Source: Octopus sinensis
Taxonomy: Eukaryota
NCBI RefSeq assembly: GCF_006345805.1
Contig: NC_043014.1
Span: 39,618,001 to 39,682,000 of the forward strand
Direction of reading: 5' to 3'
DNA: 64,000 bases
Shown here piece after piece: positions 24,664-37,659 of this stretch. Below the pieces are notes generated by a model that saw only the letters and a list, made by a program, of their open reading frames with translations, did not search any database and was not told the DNA's origin. The position numbers and the translations under genes were made by a program. The stretch's first letter is position 1; each line of letters begins with the position of its first letter.

Positions 24664-25093
24664 CTAACAAAGTGTAACATTGGGATAGATCAAAGGTTCT
24701 TAACCATTTTGTGTGTGTGTGTGTGTGTGTAGCATCCTCCACCTTTTAAGTTGTTGTTATGTCTAGCGGACATTCAAGTGACGAGTGAGGTATCACGGCT
24801 AAATTAACTTAACATGGACGATAATTTAAATGGATTCTATAAGTTTTTAATAGTGAAATAATAAAAACAATTGATAAGGACAAAAACTGTAAATTTACTT
24901 TATACTGAAACAAGTAAAAGAATAAGAGAAGAAAAAATACCGGCGAGCCTGTGAGAAGCTTGCTTCCCAACCACATTGTTTCGGGTTCAATCCTATTGCG
25001 TGGCACCTTGGGCAAGTGTCTTCTACTATATAGTCTCAGACTGACCAAAGCCTTGTGAGTGAATTTGGTAGACGGAAACTGAAATAAGCCCGT

Positions 25094-25137
<44 letters not shown>

Positions 25138-25912
25138 GTGTGTGTGTGTGTGTGTGTGTTTCTGTCTATGCTTGTCCCACCACCACCGCTTGATAACTGC
25201 TGTTAGTGTGTTTGTATCCCTGTAACTTAGCGGTTCGGCAAAACAAAGCGACAGAATAAGTACCAGGCTTAAAAAAAAGAAATACTAGGGGTCGATTCAT
25301 TCGACTAAAAATTCAAGGCGGTGCCCCAGCATGGCCGCAGTCTAATGGCAGACACAGGTAAACGATAAAAGATGGCAAATTAATGATTTCCCTGTGCCTG
25401 AGGAGATCTCATTCTATTTTAATTATCACAAACTAGTTTTATCATGTATAACATAATTACTACTATGAGGCGGCGAGCTGGCAGAAACGTTAGCACGCCG
25501 GGCGAAATGCTTAGCTGTATTTCGTCTGTCTTTACGTTCTGAGTTCAAATTCCGCCGAGATCGACTTTGCCTTTCATCCTTTCGGGGTCGATAAATTAAG
25601 TGCCAGTTACGCACTGGGGTCGAACTAATTGACTTAATCCCTTTGTCTGTCCTTGTTTGTCTCCTCTATATTTAGCCCCTTGTGAGCAGTAAAGAAATAA
25701 GAAACATTACCACGCCGGCGGTATTTCCAGTTGAGTACGGAGCGGTTCGATGTAATCAACTTACCATACCTGAAATTGCTGGCCCTGTGCCAAAATTTGA
25801 AATTAATATATTTATCATTATAGGTGTAGAGGCACATGGCCTATTGGTTAGAGCAGAGGACTCGCAATCGAATGATCGCGGGTTTAAATCTCAGACCGGG
25901 CGATGTGTGTGT

Positions 25913-26123
25913 TTATAATAATGAAATTATTGTATGAAGTGCTCAGGTGCACCACAACTTGTCAAAAGTGCGTGTAAAGTATATGCAGTAATGTATAAAT
26001 GTCTGGAAAGCGAACAGTGTATGAGTCAGATACATGCTTGCGTGTGTATGGAGGGGAGAAAATCAGGTGTAGGGTTGGCGAATCTCAGGAAGCATGGAAG
26101 TTTTGAAGGATGCAGTGCTCCGA
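25913..26123 (-). mobile_element. Second, shorter copy of the same CR1/L2 3' end, inserted inside a tRNA-SINE
   Basis: Closely similar to 35903-36110; splits the SINE at 25829-26340. Confidence 0.8.
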
Positions 26124-28106
26124 AACACCTAAGTGAAACACCTATGAGCGAAACACCTAAGCTCCACACGGCTCCGGCAGAAGGTAATGGCGAAACTTCT
26201 GCTGACTCTTTCGCCACAACTTTCTCTCACTCTTTCCTCCTCCATCTTGCAGCTCACCTGCAACGGACCATCGTCCCGTCCAGGTGGGGGACCTATACGC
26301 CAAGGAAACCGGGAAACCGGTCCTTATGAGCCAGACATGAGAAGGAACAAACAAAACATCATTATAGGTAAAATTTAGTATGTTAATTATATTACCTCAC
26401 CGCTTTCTAAAGCCTAACGCCTCCTTCGACATACCCAACGCCCCCTTGAGGGTGGTCTTGCCTACTTTGAGAACCTCTGTGATAGAATATGCAACAGTCA
26501 AGGACTAATGAATGACCTGTAAGCCTATCTGCTGGATTGACTTACATACAGACAAAAGGAATATCTGTAGAAGCTCACACATATGTCCATTGTTTATGTT
26601 AAAAGATGTCGTGAGGAAAAACAAAAAATAAAAGGCTTTTTGACCGTTGGCGATAAATATATATTTCATGCCGAAATCGATACTAACAGTTAAAGTGATT
26701 GTGTATCAAACATCAAAATAAATCTCAATTACTAAATATAACTCTCTGTGGCTGTGTGGTAACCAACCACATGGTTCCGGGTTCATTTCTTGCTTACCAA
26801 CCACATGATTTTTGCTTACCAACCACATGGTTTTTGCTTACTAACCACATGGTTTTTGCTTACCAACCACATGGTTCCGGGTTCATTCCCACTGCGTGAC
26901 ACCTTGGACAAGTGTCTTCTACTATAGCCTCGAGCCGACCAAAGACTTGTGAGTGGATTTGGTAGACGGAAACTGAAAGAAGCCTATCGTATGTGTGTGT
27001 GTGGAGGCGCGTGGCTTAGTGGTTAGGGTGTCAGCATCATGATCGTAAGATTGTGGTTTCGATTCCTGGACCGGGCGACGCGTTGTGTTCTTGAGCAAAC
27101 CACTTCATTTCACGTTGCTCCAGTCCACTCAGCTGGCAAAAATGAATAACGCTGCGATGGACTGGCGTCCCGTCCAGCTGGGGAACACATACGCCATTGA
27201 AACCGGGAAACCGGGCCCATGAACCTGGCTAGGCTTTGAAAAGGGCGCATTTATTTATTTATTATTTATTTAAAATAAGTACTGGGGTCGATTTGTTCGA
27301 CTAAACCCTTTGCTGCAGTGCTCCACTATGGTTGTAGTACTCCACTACGGCCGCAGTTCAGTGACGGAAATTAGTAAAACAAAAAGTGTATTCTACAAAA
27401 ATATAGCCCTCAACGGTAACACCACCAGCGTATATAATCTATCTCGAATAGGTGAACATCAATCAACAATATCAATGATCATAGGTGCAAGCTTGGTTAT
27501 ATGGTAAGAAGTCGGCTTCCCAACCACATGGTTCCGGGTTCTGTCCCACTGCATGGTATCTTCAGCAGGTGTTTCCTACTCTACCCTGGACCAATCGAAG
27601 CTTTGTGAGTGGATATTGTTGAAAGAAGCCCACTACTAAAGCCTCGGCCTACCAAAGCATTGAGAGTGGATTAGGTAGACGGAGACTGAAAACAGCCCTT
27701 CATATATAACCATATGGTTCCGGGTTCAGTCCCACTGCGTGGCACCTTCGGACAAGTGTCTTCTACTATAGCCTCGGGCCGACCAAAGCCTTGTGAGTGG
27801 ATTTGGTAGACGGAGACTGAAAGAAACCCGTCGTATATATATATGTATATGCTTGTGTGTGTGTATGTGTTTGTTTGTCTCCCCACAATTGCTTGTCAAC
27901 CGATGTTAGTGTGTTTACGTCCTCGTAACTTATCTGTTCGGGAAAAGGAGCCGATAAAATAAGTACTAGGCTTAGTTCTTCGACTAAATACCTTTTGAGG
28001 CGATGCTCCAGCATGGTTGAAACGAGGAAATTGTTGGCGTATAACAAATTTTTTTCAGATAAATTTTAACAGCAAAATTTTATATGGACCCCGGTTGAGA
28101 ACCATT

Positions 28107-28546
28107 GGAATCTTTTCGGTTTGAACGGCAGTTTTTAACATAATTTCCACGTAACTAAAAAATTTTAAACTTCGTATACTGGTAGAATGTGTTTATAAAA
28201 CATCTTTTTTTCTCTTGGCTTTATTGAGAAAATTCTATAGTTTGTAAGATATTTGTTGTTGTTTTTTCTTCAATTTTTGCAATTTCAACCAATCAATGAC
28301 GTCTATTTGAGGTGAAAACATTCTGTGCCGGGTGAATATGTCCCTCGTTTAAGAAACAGATTGGGTTTAATTACATTTGTGAAGAAAAAAGATACCCTTC
28401 CCCCTACCCCTAACCCTAACTAACCTTAACTAACCCTAACCCTAAAACAGATTGAAATGCAATAGATCGATACTAGGGTCATAATTATGGGTGACAATTT
28501 CATATGACACCGCTAGAAAAAACTGCCGTTCAAACCGGAAAGATCC
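28107..28546 (+). mobile_element. Same MITE family
   Basis: TIRs present; expanded ccctaa/ctaac repeats; no TSD match. Confidence 0.88.
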
Positions 28547-29147
28547 CGGACGTTTCTTATATTGCATCGAGATCCTTAAGAGCTGGAACTTTGGTAGTGA
28601 GAGCATGTTTAATTATCAATCAGTTGAGTATTGTAAAACATACGTCCAAGAATAGGATAATTCCTCTCATTTAAGCTATTTAGATATAGATATTCTTTCT
28701 ATCATGTGGTAGTGAGTTCGATTCCTGGACCGGGCTGTGTGTTGTGTTCTTAAGCAAGACACTTTATCTAACGTTGTTCCAGTTCACTCATTTGTAGATA
28801 TGAGTTGTGAAGTCACTAATGCCAAGCTGTGTTGGCTTTGCCTTTCCCTTGGATACCACCGGTGGGCATTGAGAGGGGAGGCTGGTATGCGTGGGTGACT
28901 GCTGGTCCTCTTTAAACAACCTTACTGGGGCTTGTACCTCGTGGGGGGGGGGAATTTCTGGGTACAATTTCATGGTCATTCATGACCGAAGTGGGGAGGA
29001 GGTCTTTCCTCCGATATATATACATATATAGTTATGGTATATTCTGTAAAGAACGTAGTAGAGTACAGTATAAAGCCCGTCCGCCTTCAGATTTTGCCCT
29101 GTGCTATCCAGTAGTAGCATTATACGTACTTCTAAATTATATATATA

Positions 29148-29544
29148 CTAGCAGTATCGCCCGGCGTTGCTCGGGTTTGTAAGGGAAATAACTATATAAG
29201 CATTTTTAGAGAGTTATAGCCAAAAAATAGCAAAAAAATGCATTAAAAATGGAAAAAAAATTATGGTAATTTTTTTTTAAATCGTTGACTCATCGTAGAC
29301 ATTTTTAGAGAGTTACTTCCCTTATATAATAGCGAAAAAATGCATTAAAATGGAAAAAAATGATGGTAATTTTATTTTTAAATCGTAGACTCATCGTAGA
29401 CGTGGGCTAATACCCAGAAGGGCTCGATATGAATCACGACTATAAGATACCCGCTTTTGGTTAAACTGCACCGCAAAATGTGGGAGTAGTTAGGAATCTA
29501 AATCGTAGGAGACAGACACACAACTTCACTTTTATATATAAAGA
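29148..29544 (-). mobile_element. Non-autonomous Helitron (397 bp)
   Basis: Minus strand 5' A|TCTTTATATATAAAA; 3' hairpin CCCGAGCAACGCCGGG (29160-29175), 8 nt, then CTAG|T. No TSD. Internal tandem duplication of about 100 bp. Confidence 0.88.
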
Positions 29545-31609
29545 TATGAAATACAAAATGGAACAAGAACGCAAAACATCCAGACAGTTAGGTGATACAA
29601 AAAAGGGACAACAAAACATCCAGATACATGATACAAAGAAAACAAGGACGGGACATTCGGCGTTTTCTCTCATATATATATAAAACGCATGGCTCAGTAG
29701 TTAGAGTGTCGGGCTCACAGCCATGAGGTAATGAGTTCGATTCCCGGACTGGGTTGTGTGTTGAGCTCTTGAGCAAGACACTTTATTTCATGCTGCTCTA
29801 GTTCGCTCAGCTGTAAAAATGAGATGTGACATCACTGGTGCCAAGCTGTATCGGCCTTTGCCTTATCCCCTGGGTAACATCAGCGGCGTAGAGATGGGAA
29901 GCTGGTATGTATAGGCAACTGCTGGTCTTCCATAAACAACCTTGCTGAGACTTGTGCCTTGGAGGGGAACTTTCTACGTGCAATCCCATGGTCATTCATG
30001 ACCGCGAAAGGGATCTCTTTTATTCTTTCTAATTATGGCATAAGACCAGTAATTTAAAGGTAAGTAGGAAGTCGATTACATCGACCCCACTCCTCACCTA
30101 GTATTTAGTGTATCGATTCCGAAAGGATGAAAAGCAGACAACATCAGCGGTATTTGAACACAGAATGTGAAGAGCCGGAAGAAATGCCACTAATCGTTTT
30201 GTCCGGTGCAGTAACTAGTCTGTCACCTCGTCGTCTTTACTTAAGCAAAAATATGTTAATTTTTTTATTTCTTTATTGCCCACAGGGGGATAAACACAGA
30301 GGAGACAAACAAGGACAGACAAAGGGATTAAGTCGATTACATCGACTCCAGTGCGTAACTGGTAGCTGGCAGAAACGTTAGCACGCCGGGCGAAATGCGT
30401 AGCCGTATTTCGTCTGCTGTTACGTTCTGAGTTCAAATTCCGCCGAGGTCGACTTTGCCTTTCATCCTTTCGGGGTCGATAAATTAAGTACCAGTTACGC
30501 ACTGGAGTCGATGTAATCGACTTGATACCTATGTCTGTCCTTGTTTGTCACCTCTATGGTTAGCCCCTTGTGCGTAATAAAGAAAAAGTACTTATTTAAT
30601 CGACCCCGAAAGGATGAAAGGCAAAGTTGACCTCGGCAGCATTTGAACTCAGAACGTAACGGCAGACGAAATTCTGCTAAGCATTTTCCCCCGCGTGCTA
30701 ACGATTCCGCTAGCTCGAAGTTTAGAAAAAAAAATCTAGTTACGTTAAGTGAGACACTACTTCAGAAAAAAAAAATGAACTCGATCTATTTAAGTTTGAA
30801 AACAAAAACAATCAAGCATTATTTAAGACAATCACCAATAACCATCCTTTCTTGTCTACTAAAATAATTTACCGAAACAAAATTACCCGATGTGTCGATC
30901 TTGTTTATCGCTTTTTTTTTTACACCTTTTTAACGATAGCGTACAATTTGAGGGATATTTGACGACTATTTCTTGAGAACGCATTAAATTCGTCTCTTTG
31001 GCTCGTTTTCGCAATCTTGTTAACCATTGGTAATTAATTATGGCCGCATACCACGTGGGAATGTTGCAGAATCACCTTTATTTATTTATGTATTTTTGCA
31101 CATTTGATATTAAAAATTGCATTTACATTTACTTAAGTTATGAAAAACCGCGAAAAGCAGAATCTGTGGAGCTGCAGACAATATGCCTTGTAGAGTTACG
31201 TCCCTTGACATCTTGAATTTAGTACAGACAATATTGAAAAGGATAAACTGGCTACGTGCTCCAAGGCAACCTCTCCTGTTTCAGGTCCTAGGTACGTCAG
31301 TCCCAACCAGGGTTACCTGAGAGTTGGGAACCATTCGAACCCAACCTTAAAAAAAAAAAAAATAGAAAACTCAGTAACGTAACTAGAAATGGTCAAATGC
31401 CAACATTGTTTACTAAACTTAATACAGGCAACGTTGTGCGGTTCAGAAGGTCGCTTTGCAACCACATGGTTTTAAGTTCAGGCCCAATGTGCAGCACTTT
31501 GGACAAGTGTGTTCTATTATTGGGCTGGGCTCCGACCAATGCCTTGTCGATGTATTTGATAAGCTGAAACTGTAACAGTGTGGAAGATGTGTGTGTGTGA
31601 GGGAGAGAG

Positions 31610-31751
31610 ACTAGCGTAGCTAGAGTGTGCCGCCCCCGGGACCTCACAAAAATATACATATTGCCTACAGCAGACCCAGAAGTGGTATCAACACCATAAA
31701 AGTGCTACCTGGAGCGGACCGCCCCTGCCGTCCCCTTCAAGCTACGTTAGT
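31610..31751. mobile_element. Second copy of the tagcgtagct-TIR MITE, inserted in a SINE microsatellite
   Basis: actagcgtagct / agctacgttagt; shares the internal cagcagaccca.aagtg motif with 3543-3701. Confidence 0.72.
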
Positions 31752-32335
31752 GTGGTGTGTGTGTGTATGTCTGTTCTTTCATTGCTTGACAACTGGTGTT
31801 GGTTTGTTTACGCCCCATCCCGTAACGTAGCGGTTCCGCAAAAGTACCAGACTTTAAAAATAAGTACCGGAGTCGATTTGATTGACTAAATCTTTCGAGG
31901 CGCAGCTCTAGTATGTTGGCTGTCCAATGACTGAAACAGAAGATTATAGCTAAAATCAAAACTTTGCAATACTACAAATAAGAATTTATTAAAAAAAAAT
32001 ACTATTGCGACAAAGTCAACTTCATCCTATATTACAATGGCTTAAATAATATCGATGTCTTCTTTATGAGTTTACGAGTTGTGATGTCTATACCTTGATA
32101 TCACTACAACTGTAACGATTGTCTAATTTCAAAGTTTCCAATATTCTGTCGGTTACGTACAAATCTTTGCAACAAATTAAACAAACATTGAGATGCATCC
32201 CGACTATCTATTATATAAAAGTACTAACGATACATTCCTCTGGTGCAAAAAGAACTATCTGTCACGCTGTAGAAAGTGGATGATAAAAGTGTATGTACAA
32301 GAGAGTGAGAGGCGGGGTCCAGATGAACACTACTG

Positions 32336-32763
32336 GGATCTTTTCGGTTTGAATGGCAGTTTTTTCTAGCGGTGTCATATGAAATTGTAACCCATAATTA
32401 TGACCCTAGTATCGATCTATTGCATTTCAATCTATTTTAGGGTTAGGGTTAGTTAGGGTTAGGATTAGGGGGGGGGGAGTATCTTTTTTTCTTCACAAAT
32501 GTAAATAAACTCAATCTGTTTCTTAAACGAGGGACATATTCATACAGCACAGAATGTTTTCACCTCAATAGACGTCATTGATTGGTTGAAATTGCAGAAA
32601 TTGAAGAAAAAACAACAACAAATATCTTACAAACAATAGAATTTTCTCAATAAAGCCGAGAGAAAATGATGTTTTATAAACACATTCTACCATATACGAA
32701 GTTTAAAAGTTTTTAGTTACCTAGAAATTATGTTAAAAACTGCCGTTCAAACCGAAAAGATCC
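32336..32763 (-). mobile_element. Same MITE family, perfect 8-bp TSD
   Basis: TSD cactactg on both sides. Confidence 0.92.
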
Positions 32764-33255
32764 CACTACTGTTGCGTTCGAATATATACATACTGATATA
32801 ATTATACTATTGCCACACACACATATACATGCAGACAAAACCTAGCTGTGCGTAGGAGTGAGAATATGTGTATATGAGTGCACACCAAATAGCATTCCTA
32901 TAACAAACGACGAAGTTGAAACAAAGAGAATGAGAATTGTTAATCAAGAAAGAAGACAAAATAAGAAAGATGATAATAAGCAAGAATCTAATCGCAGAAG
33001 CTAGAATGAGAAAACTGAATGGAAAAGGAAACATGAGCGAAGAGAGTGGACAAGATTTCTTAGAAATAAATCACAGGATTATGGAGGAAATGACAGGATT
33101 ATTACTGAGTGAGGTGTTTAATGGCTGACAGTATGACATAAAATGGGTTGCAGTATTTTCACGAGTTCTTTTAGTATGTAAATGTTTATACATACATACA
33201 TTTAACTCTGTGTGTGTGTATGTGTGTGTATGTGTGTATAAAGAGTAAAAGGGCA

Positions 33256-33587
33256 AGGCGCATGGCTCAGTAGTTAGAGCGTCGGGATCACAATCATGAG
33301 GTAGTGAGTTTAATTCCCAGACCGGACTCTGTTTTGTTCTTGAGCAAGACACTTTATTTCACGTTGCTCCAGTTCACTCAGCTGTAGAAATGAGTTGCGA
33401 CGTCACAGATGCCAAGCTGTATCAGCCTTTGCCTTTCCCTTGTATAACATTGGTAGCATGGGAAGAGAAGGCTGGTGTGCATGGGCGACTGCTGGTCCTC
33501 CATAAACAACCTTGCCCGGACTTGTGCCTCAGGGGGCAACTTTCTAGGTGCAATCCCATGGTCATTCATGGCCGAAGGTGGTCTTTC
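33256..33587 (+). mobile_element. tRNA-derived SINE family E
   Basis: Other copies approx. 28710-29005 (+), 29685-30015 (+), 46400-46712 (-). Confidence 0.82.
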
Positions 33588-34222
33588 TATATACATAAAC
33601 ACAATTGTTGCTGATGCCACTAAGCTGAGCAATTCTGTCTCAAGACGTCGAAACTACCTGAATTCTTAATGAGACAGCTGTTGAAGGGTAAATTTTCGTT
33701 GAGTATTTTTCCTTTTCATTTTTACCGTTACGTATTTTCGTTTGTGCCCATACTTTATATTTTTGACTGCCGACGCACACAGCCACACCTTTTCACGTTT
33801 GGCTTTGTACTAAATGCTGTGAAACTCGTCTGTTCTTTGTTTTTCTCCTTATCTACAACGTTGTCTCTACATATCTCCTATTCCCTCCTTGCCACTTTCT
33901 GCTTCCGTTATAATCATTGATCACTCTTTTACCTTCCGGTTCATAAAGCGAACAAACTTATTCTTCGATGCTATGTTATTTGCTGAAACACATCGTTCAA
34001 GTATTTGTGAATTTTCATTGCTTTGTACTGTTCACCTTTAATGTTCATCATAATTAACTAATGTTACATTTTTATCGAAGATGTTTTATGAGTGCACACG
34101 TTCTGAGTTCAAATTCCGCGAAGGTTGATTTTGGCTTTCATTCTTTTAAGGTTGATAAATTGAATACCAGTGAAACACTGGGTCGATGTTATCAACTGGC
34201 CCCTCCCCCAAAATTCCAGGTC

Positions 34223-34657
34223 TTGTACCTATAGTAGAAAGGATTATTATTATCATTATCATAATTATTATCATTATTATAATTATTATTATCATTATCA
34301 TAATTATTATTTTTATTATAATTATTATCATTATTATAATTATTATTATAATTATTATCATTATCATTATTATTATAATTATTATAATTATAATTATCAT
34401 TATTATAATTATTATTATAATTATTATCATTATCGTTATTATAATTATTATCATTATCATAATTATTATTATAATTATTATTATCATTATCATAATCATT
34501 ATTATAATTATCATAATTATTATTATCATTATTATTATCATAATTATTATTATTATAATTATTATCATTATCATAATTATTATTATTATTAATATTATTA
34601 TTATTATCATTATCAAAATTATAATTATTATTATAATTATTATTATTATCATTATTA
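34223..34657. repeat. About 435-bp mosaic (ATT/ATC/ATA)n trinucleotide tract
   Basis: Begins at a SINE tail (gtagaaaggattattatt) and ends at the next SINE head. Confidence 0.95.
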
Positions 34658-35902
34658 CGGCGAGCTGGCAGAATCGTTAGTGCGCTGGATGAAATGCTTA
34701 ACAGTATTTCGCCTGCCGCTACTGTTCCGAGTTCAAATTCCACCGGTGTTGACTTGGCTTTTTATCCTTTTGGGTCGATAAATTAAGTACCAGTGAAACA
34801 CTAGGGTCAATGTAATCAGCTTGTCCCCTCCCCACAAATTTGAGACCTTGTGCCTTTAGTAGAAAGGATTATTATTATTATCATCAGAATCAGTGTTAGA
34901 AAAATATCTCAAAGAATTTATTCCAGTACGTTCTGAGTTCAAATCCTGCTGAGGTCAACTTTGCCTTTCGTCCTTTCAGGATCAGTTAAAATACCATGTA
35001 ATAGATTTAATCTCCACCATTTTACACACAACAAACAAAACAGTGCCATTTTATATTTACGTTCTGAGTTCAAATTCTGCCAAGGTCAAGTTTACCTTTC
35101 ATCCTTTCGGGGTCAATAAAATAAATCCCAGTCAATATTTTATTTCTTTATTGCCCACAAGGAGACAAACAAGGACAAATGGATTCAGCCAATTACATCG
35201 ACCCCAATGCGTAACTGGTACTCATTTAATCGACCCCAAAAGGATGAAAGGCAATGTTGATCTCGAGTTCAAATTCCGCCGAGGTTGACTTTACCTTTCA
35301 TCCTTTCGGGGTCGATAAATTAAGTACCAGTTACACACTGGAGTCGATGTAATACCTTTGTCTGTCCTTGTTTGCTTCCTCTATGTTTAGCCCCCTGTAA
35401 GCAATAAAACAATAAAATATTGACTGGGATTTATTTTATTAACCCCAAAAGGATTAAAGACAAACTCGACCTTGGCAGAATTTGAACTCAGAACGTAAAT
35501 ATAAAATGACACTATTTTTGTCTGGTGTGTTTTATGGTTGGTCAATGAAATCAAAACCTCCCACCCTCACAAGCCATTCAAAAATTTGCTGGTCCTGTGC
35601 CTAAATTTTAAACTATTATCAGTCCCATTAAGGACTACTAAGCTATTAATACTTTATTGCATTGACTGTATGGATGAAAAGCAGTCTTATACTGGATGGA
35701 GACCAATTCAGTCAACAAGCCTGCCCCACTACATCCCAAAATTTCTGCCTAACCTAGAAACATTATTTCTGCCAAGGTCATTGCAGTTGGTGTAATTGAC
35801 TAACTCACTTTTATGTTCAAATCCCTCCTGCTGAGGTCAACTTTGCCTTCTAGGTCAATAAGATAAAAGAACTGCCATCAATGGTATCAAATATACCTCT
35901 TC

Positions 35903-36182
35903 TTATAATAATGAAATTATTGTATACAGTGCTCAGGTGCACCACAACTTGTCAGAGAGTGCATATAAAGTACATGCAGTAATATATAAATTTCTGGGAA
36001 GTGAACAGTGTATGAGTCAGATACATGCTTGTGTGTGTATGGAGGGGAGAAAATCAAGTGTAGTGTTGGCGAATCTCAGGAAGCATGGAAGTTTTGAAGG
36101 ATGCAGTGCTCCGACAACTAACAACTGATGCCGGCAGTTTGTTCCATGCTTCAGCAACTCTCAGCGTGAAAAAAATGTTTCC
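35903..36182 (-). mobile_element. 5'-truncated CR1/L2-type LINE 3' end
   Basis: Minus strand FTLRVAEAWNKLPASVVSCRSTASFK (cf. FFxxRVxxxWNxLP...SFK) plus 3' UTR ending aataatttcattattataa. Confidence 0.8.
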
Positions 36183-37105
36183 TTCTTAAATTGCTAGCCT
36201 TGTCCCTAAATCAGAAACTGTAATTTTCTGGCAAAATCATTGGAGTATTAGGAAAATAATTACCTTGTGGTATTTCTTTCGACTCTTTACACTAACATTG
36301 TTACGATTCAAATTGAAATCATGTTTGCCTTCCATCTTTTTTTTGGATCCATGAAATAAATTACTAACAAGAACAAGCTTCAGCTTGATATTACCAACTA
36401 GAATTCTTCCCTTCGAAATCGCTGGCCTTGGACTTAATTCAGAAAATGATTAGTGGCATTTCTTCTGTCTTTTAAGTGCTGAGTTCAAATTCTGCTGAGG
36501 TTGACTTTGTCTTTCTTTCGTCCTTTCAGGGTCGATAAAATAAGTAACAGTTGAGCACTGGGGTTGATGTAATCAACTAACCCCCTTGTCCAGAATTGCT
36601 GGCCTTGTAAGTAAGGCGGCGAGTTGGCAGAAATGTTAGCGGTATTTCATCTGCCGCTACATTCTGAGTTCAAATTCCGCAGAGGTCGACTTTGCCTGTC
36701 ATCCTTTCGGGGTCGATTAAATAAGTACCAGTTATGCACTGAGGACGATATAATCGACTTAATCCGTATGTCTGTCCCCTGTGTGTAGCCCCTTGTGGGC
36801 AGTAAAGAAATAAGAATTGCTGGCCTTGTGCCACGTTTTGAAATCATTATCATTATTATTATTATTATTAAGGTGGCGAGCTGGCAGAATTGTTAGCATG
36901 CTAGGCAAAATGCTTAGCAGCATCTCATCCATCTTTATGTTCTGAGTTCAAATTCTGCTGAAGTTAGCTTTCCCTTTCAGGGTCTGTAAATTAAGTATCA
37001 GTGAAACACTGGGATCAATTACATCGACTAGTCCCCACACCCCAAATTTCAGGTCTTGTGCTTATAGTAGAAAGGATTATTATTATTATTATTATTATTA
37101 TTATT

Positions 37106-37659
37106 GAGTGAGAGAGCAGTGCATGCCATCAAAGTGACACTGGGGTAAAATATACGAAGCCCGGTATAACCATCAAGACTACCCGTCTGATAAGGGTACA
37201 CCGGGCACATGCATCACAACCATATGTGCGCGACATGGTGATCTCATAACAAGATAAACAGCGCATGACCTTGCAGGTAGAGCCCAGTTAAAATTTTCTT
37301 CTGATCGAGTAATCCATCCCGCTCAAAAGGTCCCCGAATAAGGGTTGTTTAAGGATGTTGAACAAAACACTCGTTTCCAGAGGTGAATTATTCAAACCCC
37401 AAAGAATCCCTCTCAATACATGGCTATGATGCTCCCCCACTACTTCTGCTCGTGATCAGAGATGCACATATCGTCAGCCACTAAGGGACATGCTCAACTG
37501 GTTATGGTCAAGCAACTGACAAGCAAATCTGTGGTATTGGGCAGAATATTTGCTGTAGCCCATCTTTTATACCAAGACAAAACAATGTACATGATAACAC
37601 TTCCAATCAGTGAAGATCAGAAGCCACGAGAGCCACTGCCTGGTACTGCATCAGGGCAT
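37106..37659 (-). mobile_element. About 550-bp non-coding retroelement remnant flanked on both sides by (TAA)n (R4/Dong-like targeting)
   Basis: Complex sequence bounded by (att)n at 37075-37105 and 37660-37692; no ORF I can recognise; clade assignment is inference. Confidence 0.5.

Noticed and set aside
25426-25614. Recurrent ORFs such as [21 protein letters not shown]... at several loci
   Set aside because: They recur because they lie in SINE-B copies; non-coding.
26789-26876. Regularly spaced direct repeats resembling a CRISPR array
   Set aside because: Contiguous tandem units with no spacers in eukaryotic DNA; no cas genes.
28401-28445. CCCTAA repeats as interstitial telomere
   Set aside because: They are an internal part of the MITE consensus, not a chromosome-fusion scar.
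32937-33128. Purine-rich 63-aa ORF (…ARMRKLNGKGNMSEESG…)
   Set aside because: No domain recognised and no clear splice sites; the composition alone can explain the lack of stops.
34146-34743. Poly-Ile, poly-Asn and poly-Tyr ORFs
   Set aside because: Triplet microsatellite grown from a SINE tail.
37471-37477. CUGACGA hammerhead-like core (minus strand) in the TAA-flanked element
   Set aside because: No GAAA and stem II at the required spacing, so no ribozyme can be supported.
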